Source: Pseudomonadota bacterium
GTDB taxonomy: Bacteria > Bdellovibrionota_C > UBA2361 > OMII01
Assembly: GCA_038134595.1 (NCBI GenBank)
Contig: JAYPVM010000001.1
Coordinates: forward strand, 1-64,000
DNA: 64,000 nt
Direction of reading: 5' to 3'
Position numbers and translations under genes: made by a program. The notes beneath the pieces are model-generated. The model did no database searches. It was not told the origin of the DNA and saw only the letters and a list, made by a program, of their open reading frames with translations. How positions within the stretch are numbered: position 1 is the stretch's first letter; each line of letters opens with the position of its first letter. Of the stretch, positions 8,387-18,260 are shown piece by piece.

Positions 8387-10120
8387 TTATGATTTGAGGG
8401 TAAACCGATACCTTCCGCCGATATAAAAAGCTGTGCCCGGCTCTACAGTTTCAGACTTCTCAAGGGGCCTAAATACACCTCTGTCATCTTGTACAAATAC
8501 GTTCCCTTGTCTCGTCGGATTTTGAGATGGCTCCAGAGTAAATTTCCCATTAGCGTGACGCATCAAAAAACACTCGACATCACCTAACGCATCGAAATCC
8601 TGTTGGAATAAGCCATTTACTTCTTCGCTCAAAAATAATTCTTTACCAATCGCAATCCACTCATCGAACCGACTAGTTTGGATAGCACGATTCAATTGCT
8701 CTTGCTGTTCTTCGGTTTGCTCGCCTTTTAGAAGAGCCAAAGCTTCGTGTCGTACATCGTAGCGATCCAAAAAGCTATCGGGAAGCTCTACACCTCTCTC
8801 TTGAAGATAAACTGCTACATCTGCCTCACTTGAAATATTAATTTCGTTACTACTAGGTAAAAAGCTCATCATGTTTTGTAATGAAGATGCATCACCACCA
8901 TTGATGTGTTGCAAAACATGTATGTATTCCTCTGCAAGTAACAGGGACAAGCCTTTTTGCCAGGCCTGCAAATTAATTTCTTGCTCCTCATTCTCAGGAA
9001 CAACTCCTCTCTCCAGGAGGCCTGCTGCGAGAATCAGTTCTTTGCGTTCTGGAATTAGCCAGGAATTTCCTGCTACAAATTCCAGGGCTCGATCAAGCAA
9101 TTCTTTATCCAAAGAATTGACAAAAAATACTCTCGCCTCTTGAAATCTAGACCCGAGAGATTCGAGGAGATCCTGTTGCATAAAAAGAGCTATTGCCTCT
9201 GTGTACTTTTGCTGGTTTATGAGGCTCACCCCCCTGTCGATCTGAGCCTCTACGAGGCTATAGCTAGCCGCTGGTGCAACCGAAATAAGCTCTGCAACAC
9301 TTTGTTGGAGAGCTTCTCCCTTAAACATACTGACCGAATAAAACGACTGCTCCTCAAGGCTGTTCCTAGGGTGCGGAACACGAATCTGCATTCCTCCAGC
9401 CTCCACAACACTACCCGCTACAAACCGTTTACCGACAACAGGTGTTGACTGTTCTCCATGTATAACAGACACGGGTTTGTCTGCTGGCACACCAAGGGAT
9501 AACGCAATCGCCATCGAAAACGATCCATCCTCACGAAACTCCTTTCGCACGACCTCAGCAGTTACGTGCTGGCGACTCACATTTAGCGGTAACGAATCAA
9601 CAACAGCTCTTCCAAGAATAAGCACATCACCCTGCTCGGCATAGGCTAAATGTGCCTCTAATCCTTGAGTGCCATTAAGTCGTGCATTTTTTTGTCTGGG
9701 ATCAGGGAGCCCCTCCTGCGAATCTGGAATTCGAAACACGCACTGCTCACTTAATCTTACAAAATCCCCTGAGCTGAGTGTTATTGCGTATTCCAACGGC
9801 TTTTGTGAATGAAATCCATGTTCAGTAGAAGATACGTACGTATTGTTTCTGGGAGGGAGACCCGCGGTGACTACATATCCACTAGAAGTCGCCTTAAAAG
9901 AGACTAACGGCTTACATCCATGCTGCACAAATTGGCTCTTTTCTTGATGCAACCCTCCCTCTGTGTCTACAAACAATTCCTCTCCAGGATTTAGATTTTT
10001 GAGAGCATCTTCTATCCTATCTTTGGTAGACAGTGCTGAAACCGCTCCAGCATTACTAGGAACGGTTCTAAAAAATCTCCCCGTCTCCCTATTTGAAAAA
10101 GATTGAATACTTGACGGCAT
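8387..10120 (-). CDS. Hypothetical protein with FHA-like domain(s) and an EExxH...E metallopeptidase-like segment
   Basis: ILGR...VSRQH FHA signature; AEEYIHVLQH...EADV. Start moved to ATG 10120 because of the AGGAGG RBS. Confidence 0.6.
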   Translation of the reverse strand: MPSSIQSFSNRETGRFFRTVPSNAGAVSALSTKDRIEDALKNLNPGEELFVDTEGGLHQEKSQFVQHGCKPLVSFKATSSGYVVTAGLPPRNNTYVSSTEHGFHSQKPLEYAITLSSGDFVRLSEQCVFRIPDSQEGLPDPRQKNARLNGTQGLEAHLAYAEQGDVLILGRAVVDSLPLNVSRQHVTAEVVRKEFREDGSFSMAIALSLGVPADKPVSVIHGEQSTPVVGKRFVAGSVVEAGGMQIRVPHPRNSLEEQSFYSVSMFKGEALQQSVAELISVAPAASYSLVEAQIDRGVSLINQQKYTEAIALFMQQDLLESLGSRFQEARVFFVNSLDKELLDRALEFVAGNSWLIPERKELILAAGLLERGVVPENEEQEINLQAWQKGLSLLLAEEYIHVLQHINGGDASSLQNMMSFLPSSNEINISSEADVAVYLQERGVELPDSFLDRYDVRHEALALLKGEQTEEQQEQLNRAIQTSRFDEWIAIGKELFLSEEVNGLFQQDFDALGDVECFLMRHANGKFTLEPSQNPTRQGNVFVQDDRGVFRPLEKSETVEPGTAFYIGGRYRFTLKS

Positions 10121-10302
10121 GTAGAAACCTCCTTGATTCTCGCTTGATTGTGGGCAAACCAAGCTCTAGGTTTGTAACTCTCTAAAGAATACCATATCGC
10201 TTACTTGCTACTGTTATGATTATCTCCTGTGACGACGTGCTCTTAGCGACAACAACAACTTATGCTATTAAAATGGGATTATAAAAGCATAAGTTCAGGT
10301 GT

Positions 10303-11835
10303 TTACCGGCCGTATAAGCTAAAGCCTTCAATGATTCTTAGCCGCTTTGCGCCCTGCTTTCGCACCGCTCTCTCAAGAGGCGTTGTACGCCCTTTGCCGA
10401 TAAATAGAGCATATACGTCCAAGGATCCGTTTGCATAAGACGCTAAAACCCTTTTTCGAGACATGATATGTCTCTGCTCCTGCTCTTCATCACTCATACT
10501 TTGGTAACTCGCCCACGTATGTCCAAATTGATTCTCCGTTCCTGACAAGGCATCCGAATCGGTTTCTAAAAGGTATCCAGGCCACGAGGCAAAAACAGGT
10601 TTACCTGAACTGTTATTCTCATCGATTAGCTTGGAAACCTTTGATACAAATTCTAGCCTCCATGCCCTACTGTTGTGCGTGCCAACTCCGATAACATCAT
10701 CACCCGTTATCAAAAATCTCGTAAAATCTTTTTGCCCTTCTAAGGAATAAAGAGTCACACTAGTGATGATAAGTACCACAATCAAAACACCTTGAAACCG
10801 CTCCTTTGAGAGTATTTGAGAGATCCCCTGTGAGAGCCACACAAGACCGCTTGCACTAAATGGCACAAGCAGCATGACAAACGGACTAAAGTACTGTAGA
10901 TACGCAGGCTCAGGTAACAAGCTAATCGCAAACAAAACCACTACAACAAGGGCATAAGGCCACCAGAGCACAACAGTTCGACGCGAATACAGCGCACCGA
11001 ACAGCGCAGCTATACCGAGCATAAGCACCTGATATCCTCCCATGCCTGCGCCTTTTTTGAATCCAAAAAGTACATTCGTTAAGCGCCATCGTTTTCTGGC
11101 AAAAATTGCATCGCTTAAATTCGATCGTTGTTGGTGGTATACCCAGTTATCTTGAAAAAAATTGAACGGATCTCCAATATAAAACAACACCGCCAGTGCT
11201 ACTGATGGAATCACACCAAAAACCAGAGACGTCAACTGTCTACGATACTCTGTCCATGTTTGACCGGTTGGAATCAAAAGAAGCAGCCCTAGCGGCGCGT
11301 AGGTGAGTCGAGTCAACACGCACAGTCCCATGCAAAACGCAGCCCATCCTGTCCGCTTCCTAATGAGTCCCAAATACAACGCTAACAATAAAAGAAATGT
11401 AGCGACCACAGTGTTTTTAGCTATCGGCATCCACGCCTGAATGCCAACTGACACCGAGAAAATCGGCATCGCTACGAAAGCCGCCCATCTGCCAAAATAA
11501 GCGCGCGTAAATAAAAAGATGAGAACCCCACAGCCGATAGTACACAGAGCCGCAAACACTCTTGCCGAAAGCCAAGAGAACTCGGTTACGCTCATCCAGG
11601 CACCGAAGATATATGGCGACAGAGGAGCCTGAGGAAAAAAGAAATCGCGGTACGGCACCTGACCTTTTGCGACTAACTTGGCGGCGTATAGATAAAACCC
11701 CTCGTCTCTGGCTATGAACCTCTCAAAAGCCACGTGGCACGTAACCCCGACAAGCATTCCAAATGCTCCAAGATACCCAAGTATCACTAAGAGGCTATTT
11801 CCTCCATTTCGACTGTTGTGATTAACACTCATCAT
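10303..11835 (-). CDS. GT-C membrane glycosyltransferase (ArnT/PMT, GT39/GT83-like)
   Basis: RDEGFY...GQVPYRDFFFPQAPL after the first TM helix; many TM segments. Confidence 0.8.
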   Translation of the reverse strand: MMSVNHNSRNGGNSLLVILGYLGAFGMLVGVTCHVAFERFIARDEGFYLYAAKLVAKGQVPYRDFFFPQAPLSPYIFGAWMSVTEFSWLSARVFAALCTIGCGVLIFLFTRAYFGRWAAFVAMPIFSVSVGIQAWMPIAKNTVVATFLLLLALYLGLIRKRTGWAAFCMGLCVLTRLTYAPLGLLLLIPTGQTWTEYRRQLTSLVFGVIPSVALAVLFYIGDPFNFFQDNWVYHQQRSNLSDAIFARKRWRLTNVLFGFKKGAGMGGYQVLMLGIAALFGALYSRRTVVLWWPYALVVVVLFAISLLPEPAYLQYFSPFVMLLVPFSASGLVWLSQGISQILSKERFQGVLIVVLIITSVTLYSLEGQKDFTRFLITGDDVIGVGTHNSRAWRLEFVSKVSKLIDENNSSGKPVFASWPGYLLETDSDALSGTENQFGHTWASYQSMSDEEQEQRHIMSRKRVLASYANGSLDVYALFIGKGRTTPLERAVRKQGAKRLRIIEGFSLYGR

Positions 11836-12054
11836 GTAACGGCCATTACGACAGAATTATTAGGGCTACTCCATTGGCTGGTCGCCACATCGTAGCCACA
11901 GACGGCACGCAGCTCAAGGGCATATAGCCCAGAGTGGAGAAGGGACTCTCGGCACCAAGCCATGCCCCGTAGCCAGTTGCAAACCCACGCCTTTCCTGCC
12001 TAAACTCAGAAGGCGAGCGCCGTTCAAGCGTTTCGGCTTAAAATCTACTGTACT

Positions 12055-13482
12055 ATGAATAAGCACGCTCTAAAATACGGCCTCTTCACTAACGGGGACT
12101 TCTTCAGATTTCGTTTAATCGCGGTTCTTACACTCTCGCTAGTCATGGTGATGATGGGCACCATACAAGGTTGTACGTCCTCTAAATCCTCGACATCTAA
12201 GGATACCGGTAACACCATTGTTTTGGTAGTCATCGACACCGTCGGCTACAACCGTGTCCTAGAGAATCAAGAGCAAGCGCCTTTTATGCGATCTCTTACT
12301 CGCTCATCAGCCATATTTACCAACGCTTTTTCAACCGCGCCGTGGACGAAACCCTCCATTGCATCAATTATCACTGGAGTTTATCCCCTCGGCCACGGTG
12401 TGACCCATCCTCGGTCAAGAATCAAGAAGTCCGTACCGACGATGGCTGAGATATTTCGAGAACGAGGTTACGCCACCGGCGGCGTAGTGAGTCACGTTTT
12501 TCTGGCCCCTCGAACCGACTATAAACGAGGCTTTGATAGCTACCGGTTGACCTCTTTTAAGGGGCACGTTCACGACTCAATCACTGCCGAGCAGGTCACC
12601 ACTATGGGGCTTGAATGGCTGAAAAACGAACAGAATAAGGGCACTAAGAATAAGCTCCTGTTCCTTCACTACTTCGATCCACACTACAACTACAAACATC
12701 ATCAAGAATTTGATCGAACCAGTTGGTATAAGGGCTCTCTCTCTGACTCCATGAACTTCGGAGAGTTTAAGAAACGAAAAGATTCGCTGACCTCAGAAGA
12801 CTTGCGCTACATCAAAGGCCTCTACGAAGAAGAAGTTTTAGAGACAGACAAGGAGCTCAAGCGACTTTATAAAGGTATTACGGACCTTAAACTAAAAAAC
12901 GAAACCACTTTTATCATAACAGCTGATCATGGCGAGGCATTCAAAGATCACAACCATCTTGGTCATGGATACCAGCTCTACAACGAACTAGTTCATGTGC
13001 CCCTTATCGTTCATGCGCCATCTCGAATCGGGGCACAGACCATTAATTCAGTTGTTTCCACAATGGACATCCTGCCTACGTTACTTGATTTAACAGGAAA
13101 CAAAGACAAGAGTGCTCAGATGCACGGAGTATCGTTTGCTCCAGCCTTAGTAGGAAAAGCGCCAACGGAAAAAAGCTCGCGAGTCGTTGTTTCCGAGCTT
13201 CAGTATCATGCAAATCATATTAGCGGTGTGCTGTGGCCTTGGAAGGCTATTTTCAATAAAGACGATGGGAACTGGCAGTTCTTTAACTTAGAAAGAGATC
13301 CTGTCGAGCAAAAACCTCTCATAGTGGTAGATATTCCAAACGCTATTACCGACACCTTACGAACCGCGATAGAATCCTATGACTCTGGCGAACTCGTATC
13401 ACATTCAGAGGAGAAGGAATCTGAAATTGAATATACCGCCGAAGAGCTAGAGGTTCTCAAGACCCTTGGTTATGCAATGTAA
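12055..13482 (+). CDS. Sulfatase-family (alkaline phosphatase superfamily) protein, probably exported/lipoprotein
   Basis: VVIDT, APWTKPSIAS, FLHYFDPH, TADHGE, HG..LY.E..HVPL and terminal LKTLGY. Exact start uncertain. Confidence 0.85.
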   Translation: MNKHALKYGLFTNGDFFRFRLIAVLTLSLVMVMMGTIQGCTSSKSSTSKDTGNTIVLVVIDTVGYNRVLENQEQAPFMRSLTRSSAIFTNAFSTAPWTKPSIASIITGVYPLGHGVTHPRSRIKKSVPTMAEIFRERGYATGGVVSHVFLAPRTDYKRGFDSYRLTSFKGHVHDSITAEQVTTMGLEWLKNEQNKGTKNKLLFLHYFDPHYNYKHHQEFDRTSWYKGSLSDSMNFGEFKKRKDSLTSEDLRYIKGLYEEEVLETDKELKRLYKGITDLKLKNETTFIITADHGEAFKDHNHLGHGYQLYNELVHVPLIVHAPSRIGAQTINSVVSTMDILPTLLDLTGNKDKSAQMHGVSFAPALVGKAPTEKSSRVVVSELQYHANHISGVLWPWKAIFNKDDGNWQFFNLERDPVEQKPLIVVDIPNAITDTLRTAIESYDSGELVSHSEEKESEIEYTAEELEVLKTLGYAM

Positions 13483-13557
13483 TTGAGGAGAGTCTCATTC
13501 ATCCTTGTCCAGATTTTGTGATAGCATCCCATTGAACATCCAGATATCATACGCAGT

Positions 13558-14190
13558 ATGACCCGTAGCCTACTATCTTTGTGTGCGCTTCTTGTTTGCA
13601 TCTCTACGAGCTTTGCTCACCCTGTATCGTTTACTGATGGCAAAGTTTTACAAGCCTGGATTCAGCCTAAACGAGCAGATATTAAACTAAACTATACACT
13701 AAAGAATAATCTGGCTGTTGGTGTCTCCGCTACATCAATAGAGCGACAAAAGAAGCGGTATAATTTCACCTATGCTCAGGGGAATGTTCTTCTCAAAAGG
13801 TGGAATATGGAGCAGGCGCAAGCGAATCTCTACACTTCGCTTGGTGTTGGAGGGCGTTCAGGTGATGCGGGTCCGAGCATTGTTGGATATGCTGGCGTGC
13901 AAGCAGATTACGAAACTCGACGAGTTTATACACTCTTTGCTGCAGATACACTTCGCTCAAAAGAGCTTGCGGGATTCACTCGTTTTAAGTACCGGTTCGG
14001 GCTTTCCCCGTACCTTGCAGGATACGATTCGGTCCAAACCTGGCTAGTGACCCAAGTGGATCATATGCCGACTATGGATGATGAGTGGATGATTACTCCG
14101 CTTATTCGATTATTCTACAAGAACTATTTATTTGAAGCTGGTAGTAGCACCGAAGGGCAAGTATTCATACAAGGCATGATTCACTTTTAA
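13558..14190 (+). CDS. Exported/outer-membrane beta-rich protein linked to heavy-metal genes
   Basis: Signal peptide, mature N-terminus HPVSF, alternating beta-strand pattern, C-terminal Phe. Co-oriented with HMA and MerT-like genes. Confidence 0.6.
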   Translation: MTRSLLSLCALLVCISTSFAHPVSFTDGKVLQAWIQPKRADIKLNYTLKNNLAVGVSATSIERQKKRYNFTYAQGNVLLKRWNMEQAQANLYTSLGVGGRSGDAGPSIVGYAGVQADYETRRVYTLFAADTLRSKELAGFTRFKYRFGLSPYLAGYDSVQTWLVTQVDHMPTMDDEWMITPLIRLFYKNYLFEAGSSTEGQVFIQGMIHF

Positions 14191-14203
14191 GGAGAAATTT
14201 TAC

Positions 14204-14488
14204 ATGAAAACCTTACTACTACTTATCGCCTCTCTGATAATCCCTCTCGGGAGCATACACGCAGAGACAATTGATATTACAGTAAATGGAATGGTGTGCT
14301 CGTTCTGTGCGCAAGGCATAGAAAAGAAGATAAAGAAAATAGGCGCAGTTAGCACCATAACCGTAGATATGGATACTAAAGTGGTCACGATTATTACCAA
14401 AGACAAGCAAACTATTCCCGATGAGACACTCAGGAAAATCATTGTTGATTCAGGTTTTGCGATAAAAGATATTACACACAGGGAGTAA
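14204..14488 (+). CDS. Periplasmic heavy-metal-associated (HMA, MerP/CopZ-like) protein
   Basis: Signal peptide, GMVCSFCAQGIEK (GMxCxxC); AAGGAG RBS. Confidence 0.85.
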   Translation: MKTLLLLIASLIIPLGSIHAETIDITVNGMVCSFCAQGIEKKIKKIGAVSTITVDMDTKVVTIITKDKQTIPDETLRKIIVDSGFAIKDITHRE

Positions 14489-14495
14489 CCAATTA

Positions 14496-14858
14496 ATGCG
14501 TTCTCTTTGGAGCTATCTCACTCTGTTTGCGTCCCTCAGCACGCTTCTGTGCTGCGCTCTTCCTGCGTTTCTTGTAGCTATCGGACTCGGAGCTTCATTG
14601 GTAGGATTACTTTCAGTATTTCCCCAACTCGTTTGGTTCTCAGAACACAAGGAGCTTGTCTTTTCCGTAGCGGGAACACTTCTTGTTATCACAGGCTATC
14701 GGCAATTTTTTTTAGAGCCTCCTGCATGCCCCACCGATGAAACACTAGCGAGAGCCTGCGCTTTGGCTCAAAAGTCTTCGAAAACCATCTACGTAGTCTC
14801 TTTCTCGCTGTTCCTGGTGGGCGTTTTTTTTGCGTTTATCGCTGAGCACATTCTCTGA
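14496..14858 (+). CDS. MerT/MerC-like metal transport membrane protein
   Basis: LLCCALP in TM1, a second Cys pair (ACPTD...AC) in a loop, about 3 TM segments. Confidence 0.75.
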   Translation: MRSLWSYLTLFASLSTLLCCALPAFLVAIGLGASLVGLLSVFPQLVWFSEHKELVFSVAGTLLVITGYRQFFLEPPACPTDETLARACALAQKSSKTIYVVSFSLFLVGVFFAFIAEHIL

Positions 14859-15150
14859 CTCTGCATCGCTCCCACGGAGTGATTACGAGCATAAGTCTAA
14901 CCTGACTACTGTACGAGGATGCAGAGCTCGGTCTAGCAAGGCTTGGATGTACTTGCATACTTCGGCGCACCGCGTGGAAATTAGGAATCAACATTTTGTG
15001 TCAGCAGCACCTGTCGCTCACAAACTGTAAATGGTAAGGGGACAGTCTATGGATGGCATGTCCTTGGTCGTCTGTTACAGCAAGCGCAGCTAAATTCGTA
15101 AAAATACGACGAGTGTACCTTCAAACTCCCTACCATATCCCGTGAATAGG

Positions 15151-17145
15151 CTACGCCTTCTTCTGAAGCTCGCGAATCAATAACTCTACTGAGGTCTCCA
15201 CCGAGCACACGCTTGTATCTATCTCAATATCAGCCGATTCGGGTGCTTCATAGGGAGAAGATACTCCTGTAAATCCGTCTATTTCACCCGAGCGCGCTTT
15301 TCTATACAAGCCGTGTGGATCTCGCTTTTCACATTCTGCAAGTGGGGTGCTTAAAAACACCTCGATAAAAGAGTCTTCACCGATAATCTCTTTGGCTCTT
15401 TCTCTGTCGAGTGCCATAGGAGATATAAGCGAGCAAACGACAGTGATACCAGCATCGTTAAAGAGCTTAGCCACCTCAGCGGCGCGGCGTATATTTTCTC
15501 GACGATCCTCTTTGCTGAAACCTAGATTCTTGTTTAGTCCAAAGCGAAGGTTATCCCCATCGAGTCTATATACTGGGCGCTTATCTTCGAACAACCTATC
15601 TTCTAGGGCCTTGGCAATCGTTGACTTACCAGAGCCACTTAAGCCTGTGCACCACAGCGTTACTGCCTTGTGACCAAATGCCTCTTCTCGGGCGCTACGA
15701 TGGATAGCGCTATCTTCCCTATGGATAAATTTAGAGCGAGGAGCCTTTGCAACCTGCTCATCAGTTGCTTGATGAAAGACCTCTTGAGGTTGCCTGTCGA
15801 TAATCATTCCACCAGCAACGGTATGAAACGTCTCTTCGTCGATTACGATAAAGTTCCCAGTAGCACGATTTTTTCCGTACGGATCAACGAACAGTGGCGT
15901 TCGAGTGGTTATGGAGACTCTTCCTATCTCGTTTAGATTAAGGGGGCGACCCTCCTCTCGACTCAACGAATTAACATCGATGCGATATGAAACCTCACTG
16001 ATATAGCTCTTTGTATCGCGAGAGGTATGCATGATGATATACGACTTACTGCAATCCATCGGCGTCTCAGACATCCACACAAGCATTGCTTCGAACTCTT
16101 GGCGCACGTGTGGAACATTATGCGATCGTACGAGCATATCACCACGCGAGATATCAATTTCATCCTCAAGAGCGATTACGACAGATTGCGGAGCGCTCGC
16201 ACTTTCAAGCACACAACCATTCGGATCTACCGACAAATAATCGATGCTCTTAACCTTAGACCTCCTCTGCGAGGGAAGCGCCATCACCTCCTCGCCTATC
16301 TGAATGTGTCCCGATCTAATTTGTCCGGCATAGCCTCTATAATTTTGATTCGGTCTAATCACGTATTGAACTGGAAACCTAAAATCTACTGCGTTGGCGT
16401 CCCCCGCTACATATACGTTCTCTAAGTACTCCAGGATAGTCTCTCCAGAGTACCACGGCATGGCATCACCGTGATTTACAACGCAATCGCCCTTGAGTGC
16501 AGAGACAGGGATGAACTTAATCTGCTTAACGCCAAGCTTTGAGGCAAAAGCTGTATATTCAGCCGTTATCGCATCAAAGACCTCCTGTGAGTAATCAACC
16601 AGATCCATCTTATTAACTGCAACGAGCAATCGAGGCACTCCTAACAAGGATGCGATAAATGAGTGTCGCTTTGTTTGGGTAACAATCCCCTTTCGGGCGT
16701 CGATAAGAATAATTGTCAGATCGGCAGTCGAAGCACCTGTAGCCATGTTTCGGGTATACTGCTCATGACCCGGAGTGTCGGCGAGAATAAATCTCCTCTT
16801 TGGTGTTGAAAAATATCGATACGCGACATCGATAGTAATTCCTTGCTCCTGCTCAGCCTTAAGTCCGTCCGTCAGATGTGCAAGATCAATATCGGCTCCA
16901 CCCTTGCTCTGCGCCTTCTTCTCCAACGCGGATATGTGATCTTCGTACACGTTCTTTGAATCGTGAAGGAGTCGCCCAATAAGAGTTGATTTACCATCAT
17001 CAACACTTCCAGCAGTTGAAAAACGCAAAAGAGATGTCTTCTCACCTTTAGCGAGCAATTCTCTAACCTCATCATCACTGATGCGAACATCCAATACTGG
17101 AGCTGTTTGTACATCTTGAACGATTCGTAATCCCTTAGCGGTCAT
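15151..17145 (-). CDS. cysNC: Bifunctional sulfate adenylyltransferase subunit 1 / adenylylsulfate kinase
   Basis: GSVDDGKST, DTPGHEQYTRNM and NKMD GTPase motifs; C-terminal TGLSGSGKST and LDGDNLR APS kinase domain. Confidence 0.97.
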   Translation of the reverse strand: MTAKGLRIVQDVQTAPVLDVRISDDEVRELLAKGEKTSLLRFSTAGSVDDGKSTLIGRLLHDSKNVYEDHISALEKKAQSKGGADIDLAHLTDGLKAEQEQGITIDVAYRYFSTPKRRFILADTPGHEQYTRNMATGASTADLTIILIDARKGIVTQTKRHSFIASLLGVPRLLVAVNKMDLVDYSQEVFDAITAEYTAFASKLGVKQIKFIPVSALKGDCVVNHGDAMPWYSGETILEYLENVYVAGDANAVDFRFPVQYVIRPNQNYRGYAGQIRSGHIQIGEEVMALPSQRRSKVKSIDYLSVDPNGCVLESASAPQSVVIALEDEIDISRGDMLVRSHNVPHVRQEFEAMLVWMSETPMDCSKSYIIMHTSRDTKSYISEVSYRIDVNSLSREEGRPLNLNEIGRVSITTRTPLFVDPYGKNRATGNFIVIDEETFHTVAGGMIIDRQPQEVFHQATDEQVAKAPRSKFIHREDSAIHRSAREEAFGHKAVTLWCTGLSGSGKSTIAKALEDRLFEDKRPVYRLDGDNLRFGLNKNLGFSKEDRRENIRRAAEVAKLFNDAGITVVCSLISPMALDRERAKEIIGEDSFIEVFLSTPLAECEKRDPHGLYRKARSGEIDGFTGVSSPYEAPESADIEIDTSVCSVETSVELLIRELQKKA

Positions 17146-18056
17146 TAGAAATACCCCTCCCGCTTCTTTGTTTCCATCGAACCATCGCTATCGTGGTCAA
17201 TAACTCGCGTTGCTCTCTCCGAGGTTCGCGCCACCATCATTTCAGCAACAATAGACTCAACAGTCGTAGCGTCCGAGCGGATTGCTCCGGTACAGGGAGT
17301 ACATCCAAGGCTTCGGAATCGACACATCACCTCTTCGGGAGTTTCTCCTTCAAGAACTCGAGCCGCATTATCAATGGGGATAAGATTATCTCCCCGAACA
17401 ACTACAGGGCGCTTCTTGGCGAAATAAAGGGGAACGATGGGTATCTCCTCTTTCAGGATATAGTGCCAGACGTCTAACTCAGTCCAGTTCGAGAGAGGAA
17501 ATACTCGTATCGATTCACCTTTCTTGATCCGCCCGTTGTATTGACTCCATAATTCAGGGCGCTGATTTTTTGGATCCCATTGACCAAATGCATCTCGAAA
17601 CGAAAACACTCGCTCCTTTGCACGCGACTTCTCTTCATCTCTTCGAGCTCCCCCGATGGCGGCATCAAAGTCCCATTTTTTAAGTCCATCAAGAAGAGCT
17701 TTTGTTTTTAGATGACCGCAACACGCCTGTGTTCCAAGATCGTACGGATTAGCGTTGTTAGAGATCGCATCTTCGTTTCTGTAGATAAGAAGATTTGCTC
17801 CGATTTCTTTCGTGAAAGAATCGCGAAACTCATACATCTCTTGAAACTTAAAACCGGTGTCTACGTGCATCAGAGGAAACGGAATCTTCCCTGGATAGAA
17901 TGCTTTTTGGGCAAGACGCACTAAACACGATGAATCTTTTCCAACTGAATACAAAAGCACAGGTCGCTCAAACTGAGCCGCGACCTCACGCATGATGTAA
18001 ATGCTTTCAGCCTCAAGTTGCTCTAAATGGTTTAACGTTGCTACTGGTAAAGACAT
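17145..18056 (-). CDS. cysD: Sulfate adenylyltransferase subunit 2
   Basis: [41 protein letters not shown]. Confidence 0.97.
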   Translation of the reverse strand: MSLPVATLNHLEQLEAESIYIMREVAAQFERPVLLYSVGKDSSCLVRLAQKAFYPGKIPFPLMHVDTGFKFQEMYEFRDSFTKEIGANLLIYRNEDAISNNANPYDLGTQACCGHLKTKALLDGLKKWDFDAAIGGARRDEEKSRAKERVFSFRDAFGQWDPKNQRPELWSQYNGRIKKGESIRVFPLSNWTELDVWHYILKEEIPIVPLYFAKKRPVVVRGDNLIPIDNAARVLEGETPEEVMCRFRSLGCTPCTGAIRSDATTVESIVAEMMVARTSERATRVIDHDSDGSMETKKREGYF

Positions 18057-18260
18057 GAGTCCTTTTGTATCGCTATCAGCTAAATTTCACAAGAATTACA
18101 CGGTTTTTCGGCCTATTTTTACTCTTGATTATAACAAGAGCGGAACACTGCAACTTTACCGGTAGCGCACCTGCCTCCTCTACAGTACCCTGTCCGAACC
18201 TTTGTCGGGACAAGCACTTCATCTTGCTCCGAGTAAGGCTAGCAGTTTGTAGTAGTTACG

